Part shown: positions 18,043-27,595 of the stretch, in pieces
Layout of the letters: each line of letters opens with the position of its first letter
How positions within the stretch are numbered: the stretch's first letter is position 1
Source: Candidatus Terrybacteria bacterium RIFCSPHIGHO2_01_FULL_48_17
GTDB lineage: Bacteria; Patescibacteriota; Minisyncoccia; Terrybacterales; 2-01-FULL-58-14
Length of the DNA stretch: 64,000 nucleotides
Reading direction: 5' to 3'
Assembly (NCBI GenBank): GCA_001822835.1
Contig: MHSS01000002.1
Coordinates: 1,060 to 65,059, forward strand
Made by a program: the position numbers and the translations under genes
Notes under the pieces: generated by a model
What the model was told of the DNA's origin: nothing
Seen by the model: the letters and a program-made list of their open reading frames with translations, nothing else
Databases searched by the model: none

Positions 18043-20013
18043 TTGTCACGAAATGTACTAAAAGAGGTTATTGAATCACATGTTGCATGTCCACGATGCG
18101 CAAAAACGCCAGCTCTCATGTTCGCGTTTTGCGGTCGAGGGGGTGACGGATCGTTGACCACCGCGAATACGCTTGCGGGAATCGGAAAACTTCTTGGGGT
18201 TTGTCCCCACGGGCAACGCGGGGTCGAGTCCAACATTAAAACCGAACCAACCGAACTTTGGTTGCGTCTTGCTTCGGTTCCCATCGCATGCACGTCCGGT
18301 TTGCTTGATGTGCTCGTTGCGTTCGATCAAAGCGCGATTGAAGACGAAGAGGGTGAAGGCAGGACGCTGCCGATTACACAAATGCGCGATGGCGGTGTAT
18401 TGATTTATGATTCATCGCCGCGGCTCCTGTATCCCAACATGAAGCACGAGCTAAACCGTGCAGCAGCGGATGCGATCCTTCGGGAGAAGAAGATTTTGGT
18501 TTTTGGTATTCCAATGGCGCAGGAGATTATGCGGCGTTTTGGCGCAAATGCGTATGTAACACGAAACGCGGTAGCCATTGGCGTCATTGCTGAACTTTTC
18601 TGTCTTCCCGAAAAAGCATGTCGCGCACAGCTTGCGCGCGAACACAAAGGCGGAACACGTCTTGAATGGAACATCGCTGCTTATGAATTTGGGCGCCAAT
18701 TCACCCGAGAACAAGAGTGGAAGCTTCCCGGAGTTTCGTTCCCGGAATCTGCGGGGATTTTGGAAGAATGTCAGCTCACCCTGGGTGGCAATGCTATAGG
18801 CCTTGGTGCGCTTGTGGCGGGATGCCGCAATTATGTGGGCTATCCCATTACGCCCGCCTCTGAAGTTCTGGAATATATGGCCGAGAACATGCCTTCTCCC
18901 GGAGTGGTGGTCATAGCACGCTCGCAAGACCCTTCCCCAGAAGAAGTTGCATTTCTTGATCGTATTCAGCAAACTTCCGGGGTGCTTATTCAGGAGATGT
19001 CGGAACTCATGGCGATCAACCAGCTGCAGGGTGCTGCGATTGCGGGTGCCCGTGCGATGACTGCGACGTCCGGTCCCGGCTTCTCGCTTATGCAAGAGGG
19101 TTTGTCTGCCGGAGGAATTGGTGAAATTCCTTTGGTGGTTGTCCTTTCCCAGCGCGGAGGTCCGGGCACCGGTTTGCCCACGCGTACGGGACAAGAAGAT
19201 CTTCTGTTTAGCATTTTTGGATCCCACGGCGAATTCCCTAAAATTGTTATCTCGCCAAAGGACCTGAAAGAAGCGTTTCTGTTTGCCGTAGAGATGTTCA
19301 ACATCGCCGAGCGGTATCAGACGCCCGCGATTCTTTTGACAGAACAGGCAGTGGCGCAAGGCCTCTTTTGCTCCCGAGCGTTTCCGCTCGACCAAATAGC
19401 CATTGACCGCGGGAAACTGCTCACGCAAGAGGAGCTTGATTCGCTTTGCGCGTCGGGAACTCCGTATAAGCGTTACGAGATTACCGAAGATGGTATTTCG
19501 AGGCGCACGATTCCCGGCATGCGAGGCGGCCAGCATCTTGCGACCACAAACGAGCATGACGAGTTTGGGTCAGCCATTGAGACGATTAAAAACCGTCTCG
19601 CCATGACCCACAAGCGTATGCGAAAGTTTGAGGTTGCAGCAAAAGACAGGCGCTTGCCGCAGCCGCGCGTATTTGGAAGCAAGGACGCACGGTTTGGATT
19701 CATTACCTATGGCTTCCCAACCAACGCAACATGCGAAGCCGCAGCACACCTTGAAGAGCAGGGAACGCCTACCGCGGTGCTACAGCTGCGTACGCTCTGG
19801 CCATTTCCAGAACAAGCAGTTCGCGCATTTTTGCGCGGGAAAGATACGTGTTTTGTGGTTGAGCAAAACTATACAAAGCAGCTTCGCAGGATTATCGAGA
19901 TGGAAGTCGTCGGGCCAAGATCGCGAAAAATCAAGAGCATTCTTCGATATGATGGCCGACCCATAACGCCCGAAGATGTTTTGGAGCAAGTCGTGAAGGG
20001 AGGGCTGAACTAA
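18043..20013 (+). CDS. korA: 2-oxoacid:ferredoxin oxidoreductase alpha subunit (gamma-alpha fusion)
   Basis: GYPITPASE, TATSGPGFSLM, QRGGPGTGLPT and LRYDGRP. Confidence 0.92.
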   Translation: MSRNVLKEVIESHVACPRCAKTPALMFAFCGRGGDGSLTTANTLAGIGKLLGVCPHGQRGVESNIKTEPTELWLRLASVPIACTSGLLDVLVAFDQSAIEDEEGEGRTLPITQMRDGGVLIYDSSPRLLYPNMKHELNRAAADAILREKKILVFGIPMAQEIMRRFGANAYVTRNAVAIGVIAELFCLPEKACRAQLAREHKGGTRLEWNIAAYEFGRQFTREQEWKLPGVSFPESAGILEECQLTLGGNAIGLGALVAGCRNYVGYPITPASEVLEYMAENMPSPGVVVIARSQDPSPEEVAFLDRIQQTSGVLIQEMSELMAINQLQGAAIAGARAMTATSGPGFSLMQEGLSAGGIGEIPLVVVLSQRGGPGTGLPTRTGQEDLLFSIFGSHGEFPKIVISPKDLKEAFLFAVEMFNIAERYQTPAILLTEQAVAQGLFCSRAFPLDQIAIDRGKLLTQEELDSLCASGTPYKRYEITEDGISRRTIPGMRGGQHLATTNEHDEFGSAIETIKNRLAMTHKRMRKFEVAAKDRRLPQPRVFGSKDARFGFITYGFPTNATCEAAAHLEEQGTPTAVLQLRTLWPFPEQAVRAFLRGKDTCFVVEQNYTKQLRRIIEMEVVGPRSRKIKSILRYDGRPITPEDVLEQVVKGGLN

Positions 20014-21086
20014 TGTACGATCCGGAAGAACAGGCATTTATTAAAAAGAATACTTATAGCGACATTCCGCTTACGGTGAAGGATATCAGCGGAAAAGAAT
20101 CAAATTGGTGCGCAGGATGCGGGGATTTTGGCATCCTTGCCGCGTACAAAAATGTCGTGGTAAAGCTTCACAACGAAGATGGGGTACCGCTTGAGAATTT
20201 TGTGGCAGTAGGCGGCATTGGTTGCTCTGCTAAGACCCCCGAATGGCTGGCGAAATCCCCAAGCGCCGGGAATATGGGTCTTTACGGATGCCACACGCTT
20301 CACGGCCGCGACCTCTCGGTTGCAAGCGGTTTGAAAATGACAAATCCAAACCTGATTGTGGTGGCGTTTGGCGGCGACGGCAATACGCTTGCCATAGGCA
20401 TGTCGGAATTCATGCATACGTGCCGCAGGAACCACAATATTACCATTGTTATCTTCAACAACCAGGTATACGGTCTCACGAAAGGTCAGGCAAGCCCTAC
20501 CGCGCACAAGGATTTGGTAACCGGCTCTACCCCCCGCGGAGTGCGGGACCAGCCGGTTGATCCTATACAGCTTGCGATAGTTGCGGGTGCGACGTTTGTC
20601 GCGCGAGGGTTCTCCAAAAACAGAAAAGAGCTTGAAGAACTTTTGTTGGCAGCCATCCGCCACAACGGATGTTCGGTGGTGGATGTAATCACTCCCTGCG
20701 TTACTTACCATCGTGAAGAGGGCGGCAAAATCAGAGACACCGCAATTTACGGCTGGTGGGATGAACACATCGCTCCGATCAAAGATATTTGGGGCGACGC
20801 AAAGCAAAGAGTTGAGAAAGAATCTGCGGCAGGTCCTGATTATGATGTCACCGACAAGCTCCATGCGCTCGCAGTAGCACACGAGGGCGCAGAAGGAGGC
20901 CGTTGGCCGCTGGGACTTTTCTATCATGTAATCGGGGTACCCACTGCAGAGGAAGTCGTTGGCATTGCCGAGCGGCAACCCGATGGTACCTTGAAAATCC
21001 ATGCGCCCGCGCATGCGAATATCAGCGTTCAAGATAACCTTCCATACTATAGGCAACTTGCAGAAGCACTACGATATAAACCGTAA
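20013..21086 (+). CDS. korB: 2-oxoacid:ferredoxin oxidoreductase beta subunit
   Basis: WCAGCGDF, GIGCS, HGR, GGDG and YGLTKGQASPT. Confidence 0.93.
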   Translation: MYDPEEQAFIKKNTYSDIPLTVKDISGKESNWCAGCGDFGILAAYKNVVVKLHNEDGVPLENFVAVGGIGCSAKTPEWLAKSPSAGNMGLYGCHTLHGRDLSVASGLKMTNPNLIVVAFGGDGNTLAIGMSEFMHTCRRNHNITIVIFNNQVYGLTKGQASPTAHKDLVTGSTPRGVRDQPVDPIQLAIVAGATFVARGFSKNRKELEELLLAAIRHNGCSVVDVITPCVTYHREEGGKIRDTAIYGWWDEHIAPIKDIWGDAKQRVEKESAAGPDYDVTDKLHALAVAHEGAEGGRWPLGLFYHVIGVPTAEEVVGIAERQPDGTLKIHAPAHANISVQDNLPYYRQLAEALRYKP

Positions 21087-21151
21087 ACAAAACACGTCCG
21101 GCATTGCCGGGCGTTTTATTGTAGTCCCTCGATATTCTATTCTGTTTTTTC

Positions 21152-21505
21152 TTACGCCAATAGCCCTTCAAGGACTTTTCTGAAATATATGATACCAGAG
21201 AGCGTAAGCCTGCCTTCGTTCTCGATATTACCGTTTGGGTGGCGTAAAGTATGCATTACGTACATACTACTGAAAGGCGTTCGTTTGTCCTCGGAAACAA
21301 AAGATATCTCCCAACCATTGTTGAAGCGCAACACGAATCCGTCTCCCTTAAGTTCAATATTTTGCATCGGAACAGATATGTCAGGATACGAGAGGCTAAG
21401 CAAGTCCTCCGCGGCGCTTTTAATATCCGGCGCCATCTCGTTGCCCTCTTCCTTGTTTGTTTCGTCGGGTCTTCGTGAGACCCCGGGCTCCGATCGTCTT
21501 TCCAT
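21152..21505 (-). CDS. hypothetical protein
   Basis: ATG 21505 lies 6 nt after a TATCAT -10-like box; 117 aa. Confidence 0.5.
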   Translation of the reverse strand: MERRSEPGVSRRPDETNKEEGNEMAPDIKSAAEDLLSLSYPDISVPMQNIELKGDGFVLRFNNGWEISFVSEDKRTPFSSMYVMHTLRHPNGNIENEGRLTLSGIIYFRKVLEGLLA

Positions 21506-21544
21506 AACCGTATGATACCATAAGAGTGTATTTTGGACAAAGAT

Positions 21545-21955
21545 ATGCCATATGAGATATTGCCGCACACCGCAGATGTTCGCGTAAAAGCGAGTGGCGC
21601 GTCGCTTGGGGAATTGTTTCGCGAGATGATGCGCGGTATGTTTCATGCGATGAAACCGCGGGGGACAGGGAACAGGGGACAGGGTACAGTACGGCACGAA
21701 ATAAAATTGGCGGCGTCGGATGGGGAAGCGCTGTTGGCGGATTTTTTAAATGAGGTACTGTATTTGGGCGAAACAAACCAAGAAGCGTATGAGGATGCAA
21801 AATTTTTAAAATTGTCGGACACGGAGTTGCAAGCAGAGCTCGTCGGCAAAAAACGCGAATCCGTTGCAGTGCAGGTGAAGGCGGCAACATATCATGGATT
21901 GAAGATTGAGGAGAAGGAGGGGCGGGTTGAGGCGACGGTGGTGTTCGATATTTGA
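21545..21955 (+). CDS. archease
   Basis: YEILPHTAD, VKAATYH and C-terminal VVFDI. Confidence 0.93.
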   Translation: MPYEILPHTADVRVKASGASLGELFREMMRGMFHAMKPRGTGNRGQGTVRHEIKLAASDGEALLADFLNEVLYLGETNQEAYEDAKFLKLSDTELQAELVGKKRESVAVQVKAATYHGLKIEEKEGRVEATVVFDI

Positions 21956-22028
21956 TAGACACAAATCAACACGAATGAGAAAACGAATAAACACAAATAT
22001 AAAAAGCCGGCAGCAGAGCTGCCGGTAT

Positions 22029-22649
22029 TTACTTAACGATAGCAAGAATTTCTTTAAGATCACGGATGGTGTGGTCGGGGTTCGTTGCGTCAATAAGCGT
22101 TTTTGGAACGTAGCCGTTGAGATACGCAACTGAAACCATTCCCGCTTTTTGCGCCGAGCGCACATCCGATGGCGTGTCTCCCACATATATACATTGTTGC
22201 GGCGAAATTCTTTCTTTCATCATAATTTCGTTGATCTTTTCTGCTTTGGCGGTTACAGGATAATAAGCATATGAAAAATAGGGGGCAAGCTGGAGCCGGG
22301 AGAAAATGGGTTTAAACAGCTCAGCAATTTGTGCGCTTACAATACCGCAGGGAATGCCGTTGGTTTTTAGCGCCCGGAGTGTTTCGCGCGCGCTGCGCGT
22401 CAGCACGATCTGCGACATTTGTTGACCGTACACTTTACCGTATACTGCATTGAGTTCACCAAACGACGCCCGGACGCCGCGTCTCGTATACAATTCCCAG
22501 TATTGGTGTCCTTCAAGTTCCATAAAATATTCATCCAATGTTGGTGGTTGTGCGCCAAACGCCAAAAAGGTTTCGCGCACCGCTGTATACCAAGCAGGTA
22601 TGTCGTCAAGCAGCGTGCCGTTTAAGTCCCACAAAACGAGTTTTATCAT
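22029..22649 (-). CDS. HAD-superfamily phosphatase
   Basis: Motif I WDLNGTL; motif IV YVGDTPSD. Confidence 0.9.
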   Translation of the reverse strand: MIKLVLWDLNGTLLDDIPAWYTAVRETFLAFGAQPPTLDEYFMELEGHQYWELYTRRGVRASFGELNAVYGKVYGQQMSQIVLTRSARETLRALKTNGIPCGIVSAQIAELFKPIFSRLQLAPYFSYAYYPVTAKAEKINEIMMKERISPQQCIYVGDTPSDVRSAQKAGMVSVAYLNGYVPKTLIDATNPDHTIRDLKEILAIVK

Positions 22650-22766
22650 TATCGCCTCCTTTTTGTTTGTAACGAACGTAGGATAAGTTAAACACGATTT
22701 TTGCAATTACGCAACATTCGTGTTATAGGGGTGTTAGTTCTCTGAAACAGAGAAAGGGGACGAAGC

Positions 22767-23306
22767 GTGAAACCCGCCTTTGTGTTTATTGGTACGTCCT
22801 GTTCCGGTAAAAGCACTTTGAGCAAACGTTTTGCTGACGAATTTGGGCTACGGCGTATCGACGTAGTGGATTTTGTGCTGCCGCTTCTTCCGCTTCGGGA
22901 TGCCGGAGAAATAACTACGCACGAGATGCTTACGATTGGTTACGAAGGGTTTTTCCATATGCTTATGCAGGAAGATTTTGATGTTATTGAGGTCGCAAGC
23001 GACGATCCGCAAAAACACCTTCCTGGAATCGCAGAAATCGTGAAGGCACATGACCGCAGCATGATTGTGGTATTTACCGATGCGTCATTTGATGATTGTG
23101 TGGAGCGAAATTTTACGCGTCCGGTTAATATGCAGGTGCCGGTGGACGTTTTATACCAGCAGGCGCAATACGATCGGGCGTTTTTCGTAAATATGTGGGG
23201 TATTCTTAAGTGTCCGCTCGTTTTTGTAGACACAAGTTCCGCCAGGCCGCTTGAGGAATCGTATGTCATCTGCATTGAGATGTTTCAGCAATTCGGTTTG
23301 CTATAA
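22767..23306 (+). CDS. P-loop small-molecule/nucleic acid kinase (AAA_33/PNK-like)
   Basis: GTSCSGKST Walker A; lid RNFTR...VP. Confidence 0.75.
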   Translation: MKPAFVFIGTSCSGKSTLSKRFADEFGLRRIDVVDFVLPLLPLRDAGEITTHEMLTIGYEGFFHMLMQEDFDVIEVASDDPQKHLPGIAEIVKAHDRSMIVVFTDASFDDCVERNFTRPVNMQVPVDVLYQQAQYDRAFFVNMWGILKCPLVFVDTSSARPLEESYVICIEMFQQFGLL

Positions 23307-23493
23307 TAAAACCGCCTTTACAAAAGGGCGGTCGCCTTTTGTAAATATCGTACTACCAATTACAAAATCCCAATGTCAAATGAAATTCCAAGTTCCAATG
23401 CCAAAAACCGAACGTGCGGGTCTTGGATATTATGTCATTGGACATTTATTTGGCATTTGGGCTTTTGATTTTTGATTTTTTATCCTCTCTTCT

Positions 23494-24927
23494 ATGGGCG
23501 CCATTTCTTCTCTTAAGCGCGTAAGCGATTATATTTACGAGATACCTAAAGATTTTAGGTCTGATATGCGCGTTCCGGCGCGGCTCTTTGCGTCCGAAAA
23601 GTTGCTTGTAGCGATTGGCAAGGACCGCTCGCTTGAGCAATTAGTGAACACCGCCACACTCCCTGGTATTGAACGCTACGCAATGGCAATGCCCGATATC
23701 CATGAGGGCTATGGTTTCCCCATAGGCGGGGTGGTGGCAACGCGCGTTGAGGATGGGATAATTTCTCCCGGCGGCGTGGGTTATGATATAAATTGCGGCG
23801 TCCGGTTGATCCGCTCGGAAGCAATGGTTTCAGATGTAAAATTAAAGCTTGAGGAACTCGCAACACAACTTCAGCATGATGTGCCGTCGGGTCTGGGCAG
23901 GGGAGGGCCGTTGGTGTTATCCGAGCAGCGTTTGGACGAAGTGATGCACAAGGGGGTTTCATGGATGCTTGAACAGGGGTACGGCGAACAAGGGGATAAC
24001 ACTTATTGCGAAGCGCAGGGAACATTATCAGATGCTGACCCTGGTTTTGTTTCAAGCCGTGCCAAAAAACGCGGGCGCGACCAATTAGGTACCATTGGTT
24101 CGGGAAACCATTTCGCAGAAGTTGAGCGCGTGGACGAGGTATTCGACGAAAGTGCAGCAAAAGCGCTCGGGCTTTTCAAAGACCAAGTGGTGTTTTTGGT
24201 ACATTGCGGCTCGCGCGGATTAGGGCATCAGGTGGCGACTGATTATATTCGGCAGTTTATGCCGAAGTTATCTGGGTGGGGGATTGTGTTGCCGGATCGG
24301 GAGCTTGTGGGCGCGCCATTTCATACGAAAGACGGCCAACAATATTTTCAGGCGATGAACGCGGCAGCAAACTTTGCGTTTGCGAATCGGCATTTCATTA
24401 TGCATAACATCCGGGGTGCGTGGCAGAAGATTTTTGGAGATTCGCTCGGGCGGCTCTCATTGGTGTATGACGTTGCACATAACATGGCAAAAATGGAAAA
24501 TCATCTGGGAAAACAATTGGTGGTGCATCGTAAGGGCGCAACGAGGGATTTTGAGCCAGACAGCCCGGAATTGCCCAAAGAGTATGGCGCAGTTGGTCAG
24601 CCCGTCCTTATTCCAGGGTCAATGGGCACGGCGTCGTTTGTGTTGGTCGGTACCGAAAAGGCAGAAGAGTTATCGTTTGCCACAACATGTCATGGAGCAG
24701 GCCGTCGGATGTCGCGTACGCAAGCAAGCAAACAAATTCCGTACGAAGAATTGGTAAGGAACATGAAACAACAAGGGATTGTGGTACGCTCGGGATCGCG
24801 CAGGGGGTTGGTAGAGGAAGCGCCGGAGGCGTATAAGGATGTTGAAGAGGTGGTGAGGGTGGTGCATGAGGTTGGAATAGCGAAGAGGGTCGTAAGATTA
24901 AAGCCGCTTGCCGTGGTGAAGGGGTAG
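23494..24927 (+). CDS. rtcB: RNA ligase RtcB (archaeal/eukaryotic type)
   Basis: MPDIHEGYGFPIG, GYDINCG, GSGNHF, HCGSRG, HRKGAT, HGAGR and EEAPEAYK. Confidence 0.96.
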   Translation: MGAISSLKRVSDYIYEIPKDFRSDMRVPARLFASEKLLVAIGKDRSLEQLVNTATLPGIERYAMAMPDIHEGYGFPIGGVVATRVEDGIISPGGVGYDINCGVRLIRSEAMVSDVKLKLEELATQLQHDVPSGLGRGGPLVLSEQRLDEVMHKGVSWMLEQGYGEQGDNTYCEAQGTLSDADPGFVSSRAKKRGRDQLGTIGSGNHFAEVERVDEVFDESAAKALGLFKDQVVFLVHCGSRGLGHQVATDYIRQFMPKLSGWGIVLPDRELVGAPFHTKDGQQYFQAMNAAANFAFANRHFIMHNIRGAWQKIFGDSLGRLSLVYDVAHNMAKMENHLGKQLVVHRKGATRDFEPDSPELPKEYGAVGQPVLIPGSMGTASFVLVGTEKAEELSFATTCHGAGRRMSRTQASKQIPYEELVRNMKQQGIVVRSGSRRGLVEEAPEAYKDVEEVVRVVHEVGIAKRVVRLKPLAVVKG

Positions 24928-25282
24928 GCGCTCGCGGTAGCGCTTCTCGCTTTCCTCGCACGCCCCACCGAGGCGTGCTCAGGGACTCGGCCTTCGCTCC
25001 CCCGCATCTGATTTATATTTTTATTGAAGCGGGGACCATGGCCGCTCCGGCCTCGTAACCCGCTCGAGGCGCTACCGCTCGCGGAAGTATTGATTGCGCT
25101 TTTCGCAACACGTTCACTTCTGCTTGTGGCCGCTTCACGCATACGTTGTTAAAGAAAGAAAAGGGAGGGGAAAACGGAAATCCGCTGCGCCGCGTCTGAC
25201 GCGGCTGCGCAGATTTTTGTTTGGTTATTGATTTTTGGGGATTGTTTGGTTATTGTATCTTGTATCTCGTTTTTTGGTTTTC

Positions 25283-25474
25283 ATGCCTACCGATACTGTT
25301 GAACAACAAAAAACCGATGATCGTACAGCCAAAATAGCGCCTAGAGCAAAGCTTCCGCGCGGGGTGCGCAAACACATTCGACGTAAGAAGGCGGATATCC
25401 GGCACACCATTGAAGACAGAGAGGAAGCAAAAAAAAGGATTGAGGAATTATACGCTCATTTTTCGCGCGCATAG
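25283..25474 (+). CDS. small basic hypothetical protein
   Basis: 63 aa, KLPRGVRKHIRRKKADIR. Confidence 0.55.
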   Translation: MPTDTVEQQKTDDRTAKIAPRAKLPRGVRKHIRRKKADIRHTIEDREEAKKRIEELYAHFSRA

Positions 25475-25542
25475 TTTGCGCGTTTGGCGCAAGGGTGATA
25501 CGGTGCGGATACTCGCACCTTTTGTTTTTTAAAACGGAGAAC

Positions 25543-26165
25543 ATGGTGGAAAAGTATAAACGGGCAACGCTTAACGCGTATGAGCAAAATGCAACGCAGT
25601 ACGCAGAAGGAACGGTGGATTATCTCAAACGCGTACCGACGGCACGCGCGACGTTTGGGCCTTTACGGCACTGATGAATGGTTCTCGCATTCTTGACCTT
25701 GGCTGCGGACCCGGGCGCGATTGTGCCTATTTTGCCGGGTTGGAACTAAAACCAATCGGCGCCGATCTTTCTTCCGGAATGCTTGTTTTGGTGCGCGAAC
25801 GAGGGCTCCCCACCGTGCGCATGGATTTTGAACATCTTGGCTTTGCCGATCAAGTTTTTGACGGCGTGTGGGCGTTCCATTCCCTTATGCACTCGCCGAA
25901 ATACAAGATGCCGTCAATCCTGAAAGGCATTTTCCGTACTATGAGCCCGGGCGCGCCATTGCTGGTTGCGTTTATGGAAGGTAAGGGAAATGAGTGGCGA
26001 AGGTCTTCGCGCTGGGGCAAAAGTCCGCCTCGTTACTTTGCGCTTTATCAAGAACACGAGCTGCGAAAACTTCTTGAGCGCGCGGGCTTTTACATCGTCG
26101 GCGTATTGCGGCCCGAGCCGCGGTGGCTCAACATTCTTGCCGTGCGGCCGCACGAAACGGCCTAA
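25543..26165 (+). pseudogene. class I SAM-dependent methyltransferase, frameshifted near 25650-25674
   Basis: SD-led ORF 25543-25674 (TLNAYEQNATQY, a typical MTase N-terminus) stops at TGATG; the ILDLGCGPG motif continues in another frame. Confidence 0.65.
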
Positions 26166-26260
26166 TCACATTTCCCTTTTGAGATGTTGTTACACGTTGA
26201 CGTGGCACCATTTCGTAGTATTGTGAACCAAAGAGTTTGAAAGCCAAAAAGGGTTGTTTA

Positions 26261-26518
26261 ATGGAAGACGATGCGAAATGGACGCTTCGGGAACTTCTTG
26301 AGGAATATGAGGTGGCGCTGAATCCTGATTTTTTTGTATGTTGCCTCAACTGTAAAGAGCGGATGTTGGTCGGAGATCTTCTTGTTGATGAAATCATGAG
26401 CGAGAGCCCCGGCGAAGGGATCAACGAAAGCCTCAGCATTCTTGCCGCCTGCCCTCGTTGTGGCAGCACAACGGGATTCGATCGTATTGAGGAGAGCCCA
26501 TCGGAAGACGAAAGTTGA
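26261..26518 (+). CDS. small acidic zinc-binding protein
   Basis: CLNC and CPRC motifs. Confidence 0.55.
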   Translation: MEDDAKWTLRELLEEYEVALNPDFFVCCLNCKERMLVGDLLVDEIMSESPGEGINESLSILAACPRCGSTTGFDRIEESPSEDES

Positions 26519-26674
26519 TATTTAGACGCGCACATGCGCGTCTTTTCATTGTTTTGTATATTTTAAGTGCCGTTTGGGATTACGATTGCGCGACGCGGTT
26601 GACAAGGCGCGAAAAACCTGTAACGCTGCAGGCACGTTGTTGTTCATTGAAAAGCGAAAAAAGGAAAGATTGTA

Positions 26675-27595
26675 ATGTCCCGATCTCAAGATATTCCTGT
26701 TTTTCCGTTGATTCCGCGAAAGCGCGTACCGTTTGGCGTCGCATTTGGCCGGTTTATCAGCCAACGGCGGGGGATTGGTTATGACTACCGTGGTCCCCGC
26801 CACTGGGAACCGGGCGACGACATGCACCAACTTGATCACAAAACCACTATGCGCCAAAGCGCTTTTAAGCAGTCGTTTGACCCATGGATACGTGAACATC
26901 ATGCCGATGTTTCGTTACGGGCGGTCGTGATTGTTGACCGCTCCCCGCGCATGCAACGCTATCCCATCTGGTCGCCGTGGCTAAAAAAACCAGAGGCGAT
27001 TGTTCGAGTGGGATCTGTGGTAGTTGCATCGGCAAAACATGCGGGTGCGTTTGTGGGATATCTTGATTTTGCCGATTGGGCAAAGGACCAGGAACCTTTC
27101 TGGCGCCCCCCCAATCAAGAAACCGAAGCGGCAAAAATCATCGAGAAATATCTTCCTCACAAGCACTTTACTGCTCCGAATACCACGCTGAATGATGCGT
27201 TTTTGTTTCTGCTCGGCTTATCCCGTGATCTTCCACAGGAAAGTTTCGTATTCGTACTTTCCGATTTTCTGGCCATACCCGATCGCGAACTTTTCCAAGA
27301 GGTCGTAAACCGTTGGGATACTATTCCTGTGGTTATTCAAGATCCAGTGCTTGAGGCCTCATTTCCTGTTTGGAAGGAGGGCATTATGCCGATACCGGCT
27401 TTTTTGCCTGGTTCTCCCAAAACCGCACGCGGTTCCCGCAAACAACGACAAGAACACGAACAGCGCCTTGCTGCGATTCGCGAAATGTTTTATGAGCTCG
27501 GTCTTGTTCCCGTGTTCGTGAACGATGTAACCCATGAGCATATTTTGCAACGATTTTTTGTGCATGTTGATGAACGAAACGCGATACGGAGGTAA
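26675..27595 (+). CDS. DUF58 (MxaS-like) protein
   Basis: GIGYDYRGPRHWEPGDDMHQLD, VIVDRS and FVLSDFL. Confidence 0.85.
   Translation: MSRSQDIPVFPLIPRKRVPFGVAFGRFISQRRGIGYDYRGPRHWEPGDDMHQLDHKTTMRQSAFKQSFDPWIREHHADVSLRAVVIVDRSPRMQRYPIWSPWLKKPEAIVRVGSVVVASAKHAGAFVGYLDFADWAKDQEPFWRPPNQETEAAKIIEKYLPHKHFTAPNTTLNDAFLFLLGLSRDLPQESFVFVLSDFLAIPDRELFQEVVNRWDTIPVVIQDPVLEASFPVWKEGIMPIPAFLPGSPKTARGSRKQRQEHEQRLAAIREMFYELGLVPVFVNDVTHEHILQRFFVHVDERNAIRR

Noticed and set aside
18451-21056. Long antisense ORFs (18451-19557, 20100-21056; also 5200-5760)
   Set aside because: Shadows of well-supported genes on the opposite strand, with no motifs.
25672-25674. UGA recoding (code 25 or selenocysteine)
   Set aside because: TGA terminates conserved genes normally (murE, archease, glyS), and the methyltransferase break needs a frame change rather than readthrough.
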